From NCBI RefSeq assembly GCF_009914755.1, contig NC_060925.1: a stretch of DNA of 64,000 bases; one strand, 5' to 3'. This stretch comes from the human T2T-CHM13v2.0 reference genome, Homo sapiens. Positions 15,270 to 32,110 of this stretch are shown piece after piece. The translations under genes and the position numbers were made by a program. Positions within the stretch are counted from its first letter, which is position 1; each line of letters starts with the position of its first letter. The notes beneath the pieces were generated by a model. It was not told the DNA's origin, did no database searches, and saw nothing but the letters and a program-made list of their open reading frames with translations.

Positions 15270-15904
15270 CCCCATCTCCTGCCGCCGCCCTGGGGCCGCC
15301 GCAGGGATGCCTTGCCTTTTCAGGATTTGAGACTGTTCTCAAAGGGATTGGGAACGAAGGCCCCATCTCGGGCAGACCCCCAGCAGATGTGTCGGACAAG
15401 CAACTTCTTTTCCTCTGTGAGGAGACAAGACTTGGAGACTCAGCGATGTCAGGCCAGGGCCATGGCCACACTGGCCCACACATTCCTTTCTACAGAGAAT
15501 TTCTATGAAGCCCACTCACTTGCCATTCCAGGGCCAAAGGACCGGAGGTTTGCATATCCGCCCCTTGTATTTGATTTGCTTCCTTTTGGTTTCTTGGTTT
15601 TTGTTTTTGCTTGATTTTGTCTTTTCTCTACAGTTTAGTTTTGTCACAATTACACATATAGTTTTCAAAATCATGCACTTTCTAAAATGGTGTCATCCTG
15701 AAAAACAAAACCCAGTGTTTGCACACACACAAAATCTTGACCCCGTTATCTATATTTTAAATGCTTTTTGCCCAACACTGACCCTATGTTCAACTTTGTG
15801 TCATTTACCTTATAATTTGAGGAGGGGTTTCCCTTTGGGCCTCAGTGTTACAAATTACTAGTGCTATTTTCATTATTATTGTAATGGAAAAATCTGTGGA
15901 CTAG

Positions 15905-15910
15905 AATAAA
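15905..15910 (+). terminator. MAN1C1: Polyadenylation signal (AATAAA) of MAN1C1
   Basis: Canonical AATAAA ~640 nt after the stop, following a U-rich UTR; a longer UTR isoform cannot be excluded. Confidence 0.7.
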
Positions 15911-16568
15911 AGAGTTTATTGAATAAGAAATATGATTGGGCTCATTGCACATCAGTGACTCCTAGAAAAACCATTGCAATGTTACCATCAGAAATAATAA
16001 TCAGCCAGCAGTTGATTTAAGGTATAATTTAGTAAACGATTCCAACTTCTATTACCTCCCCTGAAATCGGTCCTGATATATTCGAGAAGCATGAGGCCAG
16101 CCCTTCAGATGCAGTTGTTTATTTATACTCAGGTTTAGATTGGGAAGAGGCCCAGGGAGGAGCAGCAACTTGCCTGAGGTCACACAGCCCAAAAAAGGCA
16201 AAGGAGAGTCTCGCCCCTGCCGTCTCCTGGCCACCCCAGTTGAGTGTCCGTCTGTTCCATCATTCAGCAGATGCTTGGTGAGTGCCTGCAACGGACCAGA
16301 CACTGGGCTAGAGGCCAGGGACACCGCTGAGAGTGAGACAGTCATAAGCCCTGCAGTCAAGGGGTCAAGAGGGGAGAAAGCGATGGTAAGGGAAACTGAC
16401 AAGTAAGTGAAGTGACTGCAGGTCATAGGAAATGCTACAAAGGAGATAGATAGACAGCTGAGGACCTACCCTACGGGGTCAGGGAGGGCCTCTCTGGGCA
16501 GGTGACCTTCAAGCCAAGACCCAGAAGATAAAAAGGAGCAGCCGAAAGACTATCTGGCAGAAGAATGA

Positions 16569-16990
<422 letters not shown>

Positions 16991-19310
16991 CTTTCCTGGC
17001 ACATTTGCAGCTTGTCAACACAGCGGAAATCACGGGAGAATGTTGAGCCCTTCCCTGGGCTCAGCTGCTTGCTCTGTTCATAAGCTTTAATAGCCCCCGG
17101 GGCTCTGGGCCAGGTGACCCGGCTTTAAATCCCTGCTGTGTGAACTTAGGCAGGTACCTCCCCTCTCTGGGCTCTTCTTTTCCATCAAGCAGACAGAAAA
17201 CCTCAACCCCACAAGGTTGCTGTGAGAAGAAGTGGGAAGCTGCTGGTTCCCTGGGCACAGGAAGTGCTTGTTCCTTGTTCTGGAGACTCAAGACATTCCC
17301 AGAATCTTCTTAAGCAGAGCTGCTGGGGAGTAGCCCCTGTAGCAAGTACCATGCTCTTGACAGGCAGCATGAGAGCGTGACTCCCATGACCCACCTGTGC
17401 TCAAAAAAAAAAAAAAAAAAAAAGCAAACCAGGAAAACTGACTACACAAACATTGTAGAAAGATTAGAAAATAGAAGCAGAAAGAAGACTCATTGGCCAT
17501 CCCACTCTCTGGGGTGAATACTGTTATATTTTCTTCTAGGCCTTTTTCTATGAATATATAGAATATAGATTTTGCCACCGTGGTATCCTACTATGCACAC
17601 TGTTTTCTTATAATCTGCTTTTGCACTTAACTGTACATTGTGAACCTCTTTCCATGTCAACAAATACATGTTTATCTCATCGCTGTACGTGCTTGTGGAG
17701 TATTCCATTGTGTGCTGTAGCCTACTTTGCTGATCTAAGCCCCTGTTGCCAGGCATTTGGGTTTGTGTCCATCTGGGATTTTAGTTACAAATCACAGAAA
17801 CCAACTCTGTCAACTTAAGCACAGAAAGGGATTTACTGAAATGCCATGGGGTGGCTTATGGAATCTCAGGAAGGAGTAAACAGCCAAACCTCAATAAGGG
17901 CTAGAAAGAGGACTTGGCCAGGGACCCCTTCAAGAACCAGGGAAGCCTCTCTAGGCACCACCATCAGGAGGGCTGAATCCAAATGTTTCCAGATCCTGCT
18001 GTGGCTCCTTTCCATGTGGCCTGGCCTGGGTCACATGCCCGCCCCAGCCAAGGGCAGAGCCAGGCATCTTGGCTTGGCAGACCCCCTAAGATTACCCTGT
18101 GCAATGGGTGTTGGGCTGTTCCCTAGAGAAAAACATGAGATTCATCACCAAAATAAGGGATCTGCAGGCTGCACAGGCAAAAACAGCAGGACTGTTTACA
18201 GTTAGCTTTGATTTCTTCAGTATTATACAGAGAGTTATGAAGAGCATACTTAACCATCCTCCTTTTCACTTTTGTCCAATTATGTCCTCAGAATAACTTC
18301 TAGAATGTCTCTCTGTCTCAAAGCCACTTTGCAGTTCCCCAAGCCCCAGGCTCCCCCGCCAGGCCCGTGCGGCTGTCTACCTCTCCTCTCCTGTCCTCTG
18401 CTGTATTGCTGGGAGGAAATTGTAAAAATGAATATTTTAAAATGTATCCTCCAGGAGGGCCCTTGCAGGTGGAGAAATATCATCCTTTTGGCAACTTAAC
18501 TCCATTCCACGGATAAAAATAAGTACGACTCAAGACAGGCCGAGAGGAGAGAGGAATTAAGGGATGACTCATCCTCACTGAAGGTAGGAGAGAGCTTTGC
18601 AAGCCACAGAATCTGAACACCCAAACCTCTCACTGAAGGTAGGAGAGAGCTTTGCAAGCCACAGAATCTGAACACCCAAACCTCTCCCTGAAGCAGCCCT
18701 CTCCTTCCCCAGCTGGGGGTCAGCCTGTGGCTGCCAAGCTCATTTTAAGCCTCATCTGCGCCCTCGCTGAGGATGGAAGCACCATTTGCACCTGCTTCCC
18801 TCATAGAAGGGTGTGATGTCAGCTCCTTCCCAGAAAGCTTCATCAACACCCAGCTCCTGGCACTGAGGTCTGCAGAGCCTCAAGGCCCCGGGAAGGGGGA
18901 CGAGCAGGGCACAGTCCTTTTCTAGGTGCCTCCCTTTAAATGACTGGCTATTTGGTCAGACCAGCCAAATGCATTGGGAAGAAAAGCAAAAATGGAAAAT
19001 CTGATTTAAAGGCAGCATCCAAGATGGATGCTCAGTTCCGTTCCCTCTGCTTTGAGGAGGTGACCCCACTGTGGTTTGAGAAAGTGCTAGAGATGAATGG
19101 GCCAGCTTCCCCCAGCGTTTCCCCTGGGGGCCTGTCCTTGGAAGTATGGTCATTGGTCATGTGGCACAAAGATGCTCGGCCCTCTGTGACTAATGCTTAA
19201 TTACACCCTACTGGAGGAAGGGGGCTGATTCTATTTTTTGTATCTGAAAATATCAGTTTGGTTTCCTATATTTGGAGCACTGTTTTGTTCCTGCTCAGCC
19301 TGTCTCTTAA

Positions 19311-19760
<450 letters not shown>

Positions 19761-20084
19761 AGACCCCAGTTGGTGGCCACTGCCTTGGTTTCTGCCTTTT
19801 ATTTGCATCCCTGGAGCTGTAACTGCTCCAGAGTGGAGTAGAGGGGCTCAGGTATTAGGATAGCATCTATAGATACCTTGACTGCAAAGCGACCTACCTT
19901 AAAACAGGTGTGTGCCTGCCACCTATGTCAACAGCTCTCCATTCTTCAGGACAGCCAGGATAAGACAGGAGCAGGCTGCTGGTGGCTTAGAACAGTGGCG
20001 TCCAATAGGGTCACCCCATGTGGATCTGGAATACTTAAAATGTGGCAAGTGCAATGGAGGAACTAAACTTTTAATTTTATTTCC

Positions 20085-20541
<457 letters not shown>

Positions 20542-22302
20542 AATTTCATTTCATTTTAATTAAATTTAAAGAGCTATGCATTGCTGCTGGCTGCTGTTTT
20601 GGACAGTGCAGAATTAGAACTCAGAAAGCAACTACCCTGTTGGTGCTGCAAAGACCTCCATCACCTGCACCACTACATAAATCATGTTAGCAGAAAATAC
20701 ATTGTTTAGGGACTCAAGGATTCCCTTGAACATACCTGGTTATTTTTATACTCATCCCAGCCTGTTTTCTGCACAAGCCTCTGAGTTTGGTTTTGTTTTG
20801 TTTTGTGTTTTCTTACTCACTGTCTGCAGCAGGGCATGCAGTGGGTAGGCTGAAGGCAAGAGAGGCAGAGGGGTGCGACAGGAGAGGACAACCCATGTCG
20901 GTTTCATACAAGCACAACATTTGAAACTGGTGGACCTGTGTTCAGCTCTGCCCTGCCCTTTTCCAGGACTGTGTGGCCTTGGGCAAGCCCCTTAGTTAAG
21001 CTCCTCTGAGCCTCTGCTTTTCCATCCATGGAAAAGGAAAGTGCTTTCAAGGGTTAATCAAGCCTCCCCACCCCACCCCTTGTAAGAACTCAGTGCATCC
21101 TAGCAGTGATTGTTATGATGTGAACCTCTTTGTAAACTATAAAACCTTGTGTAAATGTGAGGCAAAACACTGCTGTCAAAAATTCTTCTTTTTAAACAAA
21201 ATGCTCTGAAACTTGGGGGAAACCGCATCAACCAGGCCCAGGAGACAGACCAAAATCTCAAAGCAATAAATCTGAACGTTTTCTGCTTTTCCCATTGAGG
21301 AAGCATTTTGCCATTAGCTAGCCCTGAATCTACAGAAATTGGGAAACTGGGATGAAGATTTGTTGACTGTCCAAGGTCTTCCAGGGACCCGTCTGGTGGT
21401 GGGGGATGCTCGGGCAGGGGCCCAGGGCTGAGGAAGATGCCGAGAGCTTGCCCAGGAATGTTTGAGGTCCAATTAGTGTTTCCTCTTCATGGAGTACCTG
21501 ATAAATCCTGTCTACAAAACTTTGGAAGGGAGATGGGCAGGAAAAGATGGCACCCCCATTTATAGAGGAGGGAACTGAGGCCCTAACAGGCTTGCTCCAG
21601 GGTCAGGCTCTGCAGCCCTAGCCACCTCCTGGGTCAACTCCTACATTGCTGATGTCGTACTTTCACCTTCTCCACTGTTGAATTAACCCTAGCCCAAATT
21701 TCTGGAGCATCTGCTCTTCCAAAGTCTGACTCAATAGAGATGAGATTCCCAGCAGCTGCCCGAGGTTAGAAAATACCAGCACACTCCTTTTCCTCTGGCA
21801 GTTATCCTAGCAAAATCATGCTCCCAGAACCCAGATAACCCAGATCCACGATGTCCTCGCCATCCAGGGACCAGAGCAAGGACAGAGTGTAAACAGCAGA
21901 GAACGGAGAAGATGTGGGCCAGCGCCATACCCCTCTGGGCCACTTCTCAAAGAGAGAGACCTTTAGGGATAATTCCATCGTCTTGCACAAGTTACAAAAT
22001 TTCAACTGTGGCTTTCCCAGGTCTTAGGACCTGCATGGACCACCTTCTCCAGGAATTGAGTTCGCACGGAGATCACTAGAGATGGAGAGGTCAGGGATGG
22101 CCCCTGGGGAGCTGACATTTGTGACAGGCTGTGCAAAGAGCATTCCAGGCAGAGGGAACAGTGAATGCAAAGGCTCAGAGGCAGGAAGTGTTGTTGCATC
22201 TGAGACACAGAAAGGCAGTAAGCGAGTGGGAGGGTCTGGGGGGTCAAAGGAAGTCGGCAGAAGGGGTTCCATCCCTCAGTGCCTGGTGGGCAGGTAAGTA
22301 CT

Positions 22303-22666
22303 TGCTATGGTTTGAATGTCCCCTCCAAAACTCATGTCGAAATGCAATTGCCTTTGGATGGTGTTAAGAAGTGGAACCTGGCTTGTTAAGAGGTAATTAG
22401 ACCATGAGGGCTCTGCCCTTGTGAATGCATTAACGTGGGTTGTTCTGAAAGCCGATTCAGCCCTCGCTTGCTTGCTTGCTTGCTTGCTTGCTCTCTGGCA
22501 CTCTTCTGCCCTTCTGCCTCTGGCCACAAGTGGACGCAGCACGAAGGCCCTTGCCAGATGCAGGCCCCCAACCTTGGATTTCCCAGCCTCTAGAAATACA
22601 TTCCTTTCTTTATAAATTATCCAGTATGTGGTTTTCTGTTATAGCGACATAAAATGGACTAAGACA
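22303..22666 (+). mobile_element. MaLR solo LTR (MST-like), containing a (GCTT)n microsatellite at ~22466-22492
   Basis: Starts tgctatggtttgaatgtcccctccaaaactcatgt and ends ttctgttatagc...aaaatggactaagaca, with TG...CA termini typical of MST LTRs. Confidence 0.8.
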
Positions 22667-23749
22667 GAGTTTAATTTTAATCTGAGAGCAGCAAGAAGCT
22701 AGGAAGAGTTTAAAGCAGCACATGAGATGACCCACTTTACATTTCTGAAAGTTTCCTCCGACTTCTGAGTGGAGAGACCTAGGAATTCTTTTTCCTCTCA
22801 CATCTGTCTCAGTGGAAAACCATTCTCAGATTCCTAAGCGGAAGCTTCTGAAGCCTGTGCCCCAGGAGTGCCGCGAGGCCCGAGTGCCCTCTGCCCTGTG
22901 TGCATGACCTCTCCTCTGCTTTTTTACTCCCTGGGTTTTGAGGAGCCTGGGAGACTTCAAGGGCACCAGAAACCTTTCCTCTGACCCTTCTTCCCTGTAG
23001 CCGTGGATCAAGCCTCCAGGCTGCTGCCCCCTCTGTTTCTACCACTCCTTTCAAGCGGGCCCAGCTGCGCTTTTAAAAAATGGAAGCTGCTTCCCAAGGT
23101 GGCCCGGCTCCTTCTCTCGCACATGCGCCAACAGAGGCTGTTTGTGGGGCCTGGGGCCTTCTTTTCATTCTTCTTTGAAACCTTCAGGATTTGTGGCAGG
23201 TATGAAGTCAGGGAGTTCTGGGTCTCTCAAAAGCACATATTGCTGAAACATAACATTGTCTACCTTCACCCCTCCTCCATGGGTAATTCCAAGCAGGACA
23301 CTGAGTGCTCCGCACCTGCCCAGGTTCTAACTAAGTCTGCCTGGCTGGGTCACCTTCTGCTGTGTCATTCTCCGTGTGCTTCCTGAAGGGTCCTGACTCC
23401 ACACGGTTCCCCACCTATGATCACCATGTGGTCTGGACACCTTCCCTGTCCACAGCTCACCTGATCACCAAGGGACCACCCCACAGCCTTGACTGGTGCC
23501 ACCAACTATAGCTCTCAAGGTCCTCCCAGGGGTCATGGAGCCATTTGGATCCCTAATATCTCCCGATCCCCTTAGCCTATCTTTGGAGCAGTCAGGAACT
23601 ATCTGCCTCCTCTTCCCTTTCATCTGTGTCCACATGTCCCAGCTGTCTCCTGAGAAATCACTCCTTTCCTCCAGCCCAGTCAGCATGTCTGCCTTCATCA
23701 TGCTGTAATTTTCCAAAGCTCCAGTGTTTCAAACCGGTGTTTCAAGGCA

Positions 23750-25072
<1,323 letters not shown>

Positions 25073-26077
25073 TCCTCTGCATTTTCTGTCTTAATTTATA
25101 TGATACAACTTATAACCACTTAGCTCCTGTCTAATAAGGATGCTCACACTTTCTTGTCTGGTCATTATGAAGCCCTCTTGTACCCATTTGTGGTAAAAAA
25201 AAAAAAACCTCTGAAGTGCACAACCAAGATCAGAGATGATGAAATAAAGCCTCTCAGATGCAAGCTGAGCTATGCCTCTCCCTTGTTTGGGTGACTAGCT
25301 CATCCCAGTTAGGGCTTTCTTGCTTGTAGGACCGAATATCCCACATCCTCGGTGCTCCATCAGTGTCAGTCCTGAGCAGACCAGGGTGGCTGACCCCCCA
25401 GCACGGTTCCCTCCTTGGCCCTGGACCCAGTTCAAAACACACAAGACAAGTGGAACAGAATTCAGGCCAGATCATCCGGTACCATCTGCCTGTGCCTGAC
25501 ACTCACCGTTGGAAAGGCCCCGAATGTCAAACTCTTTTTTGTGGCTTGTGTGTGGAACTTGGCCGTCTTTACATTTTCTCCCTCAAAATCACTGGAGAGC
25601 TGGTAAAAATGTCCCTCTTTCCCCCAACCAACTGGGGGTTGGCCCCAAGCATTGGTCTCCTTCAAAGGCCCCAGGTGACTAGTGGGCAGCCAGGCTGGGT
25701 AACCAGGACCTCTGCACTCGTGATGCTGAGACTAAATCTGTCCATCTGGCAAAGTCCCGGGGGCATTTACTGACCCCGGGAAACAAATCTCTCTCCCAGC
25801 CTGGACAGTACGAGAGCCAAGCCAAGCCTGTCATGACCTCTAACGTTAATCTGTTTTTTGGCTAATCACAGCCACAGCTCCATGCCTGTAAATCCAGCCA
25901 AAGCCACTCAACATTCCAAGACACGGCGGCATCTGTGGCCACATAGGCCAAAGGCGGCTTCTCTTCTCTCTCTTCAATGATCTCATTGAATCTTGTGGCT
26001 TTAAGTGCCATTTTTAGACCGGCAACTCCCAGATTTATAATCCACGCCCCCCTTCCCTACCGTTCATAGCCCCATAG

Positions 26078-26425
<348 letters not shown>

Positions 26426-26764
26426 CAGCTCTCAGGCATCTTAACCTGGCAGACTGGACCAAGCCTTCTCCCCAGCCGGGGTCCCTCCAGGGTGCCTCAT
26501 CTCAGGATGGTGCCACCAGCTACCCAAGCTCAACCCACGGCTGATGCTGGTCTTTCCTCTTGCCGTCCACTTCTGACCCATCCGCAAATCCTGTCTGTGG
26601 CTCTGCTACACTCATATATCTTGTCCACGCCTGCCCAATCCCTGCCATCTTATGTCTGGGCGACTGCATTAGCCTCCTGTCTCCCTCCTTCCTCTGTCCA
26701 TCCCCTAACTCTATTCTCTACCCAGAAACCAGAAAGATCTTTAAACAAACATCAAAACCAAGAG

Positions 26765-27745
<981 letters not shown>

Positions 27746-28570
27746 TGAATGAAGTTTGTTGCCGAGGCCTGCAAGATTCCGACGTCCTGTCCCAGCCTCT
27801 GTCACCAAGCTTTTCTCTTCCCATAACTCACTCTGCCTTCTGTGTGTCTCCTGGACATACCAAGCTTGTTTCCACCCCAGGCCTTTGCACCGGCTCTCCC
27901 CTCTTCTCCGTGCCTGGGACGCTCCTTCCTCGATTCTTCTCATAGCTGGCTGCTTCTTCCCATTCCAGGCGCAGTGTATGTGTCACCTCCCAGCTACGGT
28001 GCTGATGCCTGCCTGTGGCACTGTGCCACAGTGCCCTGTCTCACTCCTTCACACTTACCTTTCTCTGAAATTACCTTGTGTGTCTGTCATTTCCTTCCTC
28101 CGAGTAGAATATTCAGCCCCCACAGAGGAAGTGCCTTGCCCGTCTTCTATAATACTGTGTTCCCAGGGCTGAGAACAGTCCCTGGCACACAGCAGGTACT
28201 TAGTTTGCGGAGAGGCCCACGTGGTCCGGGCATGCTTAAGCAACTCCTGCAGTGGCACCTGTTTCCCCCAAGTGATCCTTTGTTCTCAAATGTTGGTCCT
28301 ATTATTGGCTGCCAAGATGTTAGGGTTGGGTTTGGGGAAAATCACTTGCCTCTCTAGGGTCCCAGATGAAGAGAAGAAACACAAAAAACAAAGCCAAATG
28401 GCCCTCTTCCTGGCTCACTGTCGCCGGTGAAACTGGAATGGAAAATCCTAATTTGATTTGATTCCCTGGAGGGCAGCAGCGCCCCCTGCGGGAAGAAGGC
28501 CTTTCCTGGTGAGTTTACCCCAAAGAGACAGGAAGCAGAAGAGAGGATGCTACTAGGAGGCAGGCAGGGA

Positions 28571-28738
28571 TGTGTGTGTGTGTGTGTGTGTGCGCGCGCG
28601 CGCGTGTGCGTGTGTGTGTGTGCGCGTGTGTGTGTGCGCGCGTGTGTGTGTGTGTGTAGGAGAGAGAAAGAGAGAGAGACACACACACATCAGGGGTGTG
28701 TGTGTGTGTAGGAGAGAGAAAGAGAGAGAGAGAGACAC
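28571..28738. repeat. (TG)n/(CG)n/(GA)n compound microsatellite with an internal duplicated block
   Basis: ~87 bp of alternating purine-pyrimidine; tgtgtaggagagagaaagagagagaga occurs twice. Confidence 0.95.
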
Positions 28739-31399
28739 CAGGATTCGAGGCAGTGACCCTGCCCCTACTTAAATGTGGCTGCAGGCAGGTCAGGCTCCCT
28801 CCTCTTCTCATGGGTGGATGGAGTGGCCTGGAGTGCTTACACCAACACCCTCTGCGCAGGGAGGTGGGTGTGGGTGCCCCCAGGCAGAAGCTGGGACCCA
28901 GTAGGGAGTCTGAAGGGTGCTGCAGTGGCTGAATGTCCCTCTCTTCTGATGCCTCCACATTGTCTCAGTGGTAAAGTCCAGGCTTTTCACAAGCTGGCCA
29001 GCGCGCCAGCCCAACCTTCCTGCCTCCTCCTCCTCCCTCTTCACACTTCCCCCCCGGGTCCCTCTGCTCAAATCCACTGGACTATATTCTCGAGACGCTA
29101 CGGATACTCCATCGAGTTTCACATCACTGGGCCTTCACCTCTGCTGTTCCCACCCTCTGGAATGATCTTCCTGGGTGCTATGCCTGGTGAGCTCCTGAAG
29201 TCAAGGTCTGGCCAGACCTCTGCTCTGGGAAGCCTCTTCTGAGCCCTCCTGATAGTCAGGGGGACCCTCCTCTGTGCACACCCCTCTCAGAGCACTTACC
29301 CCTCGAGAGGAGGGTTGCAGTATCCATTGACTCATCTGGAAGAGCAGAGACTGTTTTGTTTTCTGATGGACACCCAATCGCCAGGACACGGCATAGTAGC
29401 CCTTCAATACATGTGTTGGAAGGATGAATGAGCGAGTGCCCACTAACCTCCGAGACCCTCATGGACGTGGCCAGTGCGTCACTCACCTTGCTGTGGTTCC
29501 CATTGGCTGCCAGTTCCCAAGTGTCACCCTTGCCCACTGGGAGGCAATAGCAAGGTGCCAAAGAGATCCTGCAGGGCTGCCCCAGCCAGAACCACCCACT
29601 AGGCCCTATCTCTCACGGCCTTGCCCTGCCGGGGATCTTGGTTTGGGACAAGCCCTTCTGGGAAGGGCGCCCTCCAGTGGGAAACCAGCCCTGCTCCACT
29701 GCCAGTCCCAGAGCTGACACCTCCCAGAGCTGACATCTCCCAGAGCTGGGCCCAAGATTGATCCTTTTCACAGAGGCACACTGATCTGACCTGATTGTCA
29801 TTAACCCACCCCCACTGTGCGCCTTCCCGAGCTTCTAGAATCATCCCCCAAGTCCCGCAAGCCCCAGAAACCCATTTCTTCAGCACTGGGCAGCAGAGAC
29901 CAGTGGGGTATCTGTATCTTTAAGAAAAAGCAAGTGTAATAAATAAAAGTTATCTGGGAAAGAAAACTTCCTTTGTTTATTTTCCAGAAGCCTTAGCTCA
30001 TCAATCTTCCCCTCCTAACCTGCTTTGTGCTCTACTAGTTTTGCTTCCAATAGAATGGAATTTGGTTTTCTAGTATCATGTATCGTACACAGGGTGTCCC
30101 CAAACAGTAGCAATAATGAGTTGAAAGTGGCACAGTTGGAAGCCTTCAGAAGCCAACGCCAGATGTCAGGCTCTCAGTGGGTCCCTCTAAGGACACTGGG
30201 GCCAGAGCACAGGGCAAGGGTTGGGTGGGCCCACAACTCTGGAAGGTCCCTGGGAGTCATTCATCTGACAGACACTGAGGAGTGCCCACGATGTGCCACG
30301 CCCTGTGTGGGCTCTGGGAAGGCCTCACCTGGTGCTGCCATGGCTGGCCACCAAAGAAGAACAGGATGGGCAGTGGAGGCAGGACCCCACCCCCAACTCA
30401 GTCGACCGGGTCATCCCGTGGGAAGCCTGGGAGGCAGGATGGCAGGAGATTTGGACCCATAGACCTGGGTGCCAGAGGTCAGGCTTCTTCATTTGAAAAC
30501 CAGGGAAGCAGTCTCTACCTCACAAGGTGGCTTGAGAACAGAGTGAGAGAATGTGTAAATCACCCCACCTGAAGTCCAGCACATGGGCAGAGCTCAGCAT
30601 CCTTTGGATCCCTCAGGCCTGACAGGTGCCCCTGCGTTGGGGGGGTTGGTGGGGCTCTGCAAAGGCAGGCACTGCTCACCTCTGGGCTCAGAATTCTTGT
30701 CTAGAGGCTTCTGCAGCTGCCACCCTCGCCTGAGAAAATGCAGGTAGAGACATCTAGAGCCACCCCATGGTAACTGGGGGCTTTGAAAGAATGGAAGAGA
30801 GCCCCAAGGAACCAAGGTCCTGGGGATTGACAGGCATGAAAATATGTCCTCAACACCACCCACCCCTATTTCCAAGGCCCTCCTCCAAGCATGCCGCATG
30901 CTGTTCTCCAGAAAAGCCAGGGCCTCTGGTAGCTCCAGCTGCTGAGGGGCTGGAGCCTCGCCTTCCCCTCACCAGACCAGAGCCCGGAGGGTGGGGGTTG
31001 GGGGGCTCTTTTAACTCCTTGGTGGAGATGAGGAAATTTGGGCCCAGGGAAGTGCAGGTTCAGAGCTGCACCTGCTGTGCCTGGAACAAGGCCAATCCCC
31101 ATAACCCATGCATCTGCGGAGGTGGCCCCCCAACTGCACATGAGGGGAACAGGGGCTGGGCTTTCTTTTTAATTTGTCTTGCTCTAGATGACAGAGGAAC
31201 TTTTAGAAAACTGGTGGGATAAGGATGGACGGATGCCCCTCAGCAGTCTCTGGCCTCGTGCCCGGCTGCCAGCAGAGGAGGACACGAGGCCTCAGAGGCC
31301 CCCGACGCCCCTTCTCCAGGAAAGCACAGGGTGTGTGGCTTCTCCCCAGCCCCTTCTTTGTCCCAGTCCCCAGTCTGGAATCGCTCTCTGGGCTGGGCC

Positions 31400-32110
31400 A
31401 GGCAAGTGGGCCGCAGAGGCCTGGCTTAGCTTTGGGAACGGAAGCACGGGAAGGGGCGCGGAGAGGCAGGAAGCGGCCTGGGGAGGCTGGGGTGGCCGGG
31501 ACTACGGACCCGACCGCATAGACGCGATCAGCCCCTCTTGGCGTTCCGGTGTAGCTGACCCCGCCCCGGGCTCTGGCCGGGCTGCGAAGCCGGGAACCAG
31601 CGACCCCCCGCCCAGCCCCTGCGGCCGCCCCGCCCCTCCCCGCCCCGGCCGCCCCGCCCCCGGCCCCGCCCCGCTCCTTCGCTTCCCGGGCCGCCGGCAG
31701 CCGCCGCCAGCCGCAGCCATGGGCCGGGCCCGGCCGGGCCAACGCGGGCCGCCCAGCCCCGGCCCCGCCGCGCAGCCTCCCGCGCCACCGCGCCGCCGCG
31801 CCCGTTCCCTGGCGCTGCTCGGAGCCCTGCTGGCCGCCGCCGCTGCCGCCGCCGTCCGGGTCTGCGCCCGCCACGCCGAGGCCCAGGCGGCCGCGCGGCA
31901 GGTCCGGGCCCGAGCTGGCTGGGGCGGGAGCGCGGGAGCGGGGACTGAAGGACCCAGCCTCGGCAGCAGGGGGGACATGGGCATGGACGAGTCGGGGGAG
32001 GCGGAGGGCGGAGGGGAACTGGACGGGAGGGAGCACGGGAAGGAGGGGACACGGGAGGCGGGTGGGGGGTGCCTGGGGCCGGGCTGATGGGGGGAAGGCG
32101 AACGGAGGCC
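31400..32110 (+). promoter_or_regulatory. SELENON: SELENON CpG-island promoter with multiple GC boxes
   Basis: Dense CpG; repeated CCCCGCCCC between 31559 and 31672; no TATA box. Confidence 0.9.
31719..31901 (+). CDS. SELENON: SELENON exon 1 CDS (MGRARPGQRG...RRRARSLALLGALLAAAAAAAVRVC...AAARQ); Arg-rich N-terminus and transmembrane anchor
   Basis: gccATGg Kozak context; 183 bp; CAG|gtccgg donor. Confidence 0.97.

Noticed and set aside
18574-18683. CRISPR-like reading of the direct repeats
   Set aside because: Eukaryotic DNA, adjacent copies with no spacers, no cas genes
23119-23128. NRF1-like motif GCACATGCGC in the intergenic region
   Set aside because: Single imperfect match with only sparse CpG nearby; not enough to call an element
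31188-32087. 299-aa ORF implying a 177-aa N-terminal extension in frame with the SELENON ATG
   Set aside because: It runs through the GC-box promoter and into intron 1; stop codons are scarce in GC-rich DNA, and the TSS is probably just upstream of 31719
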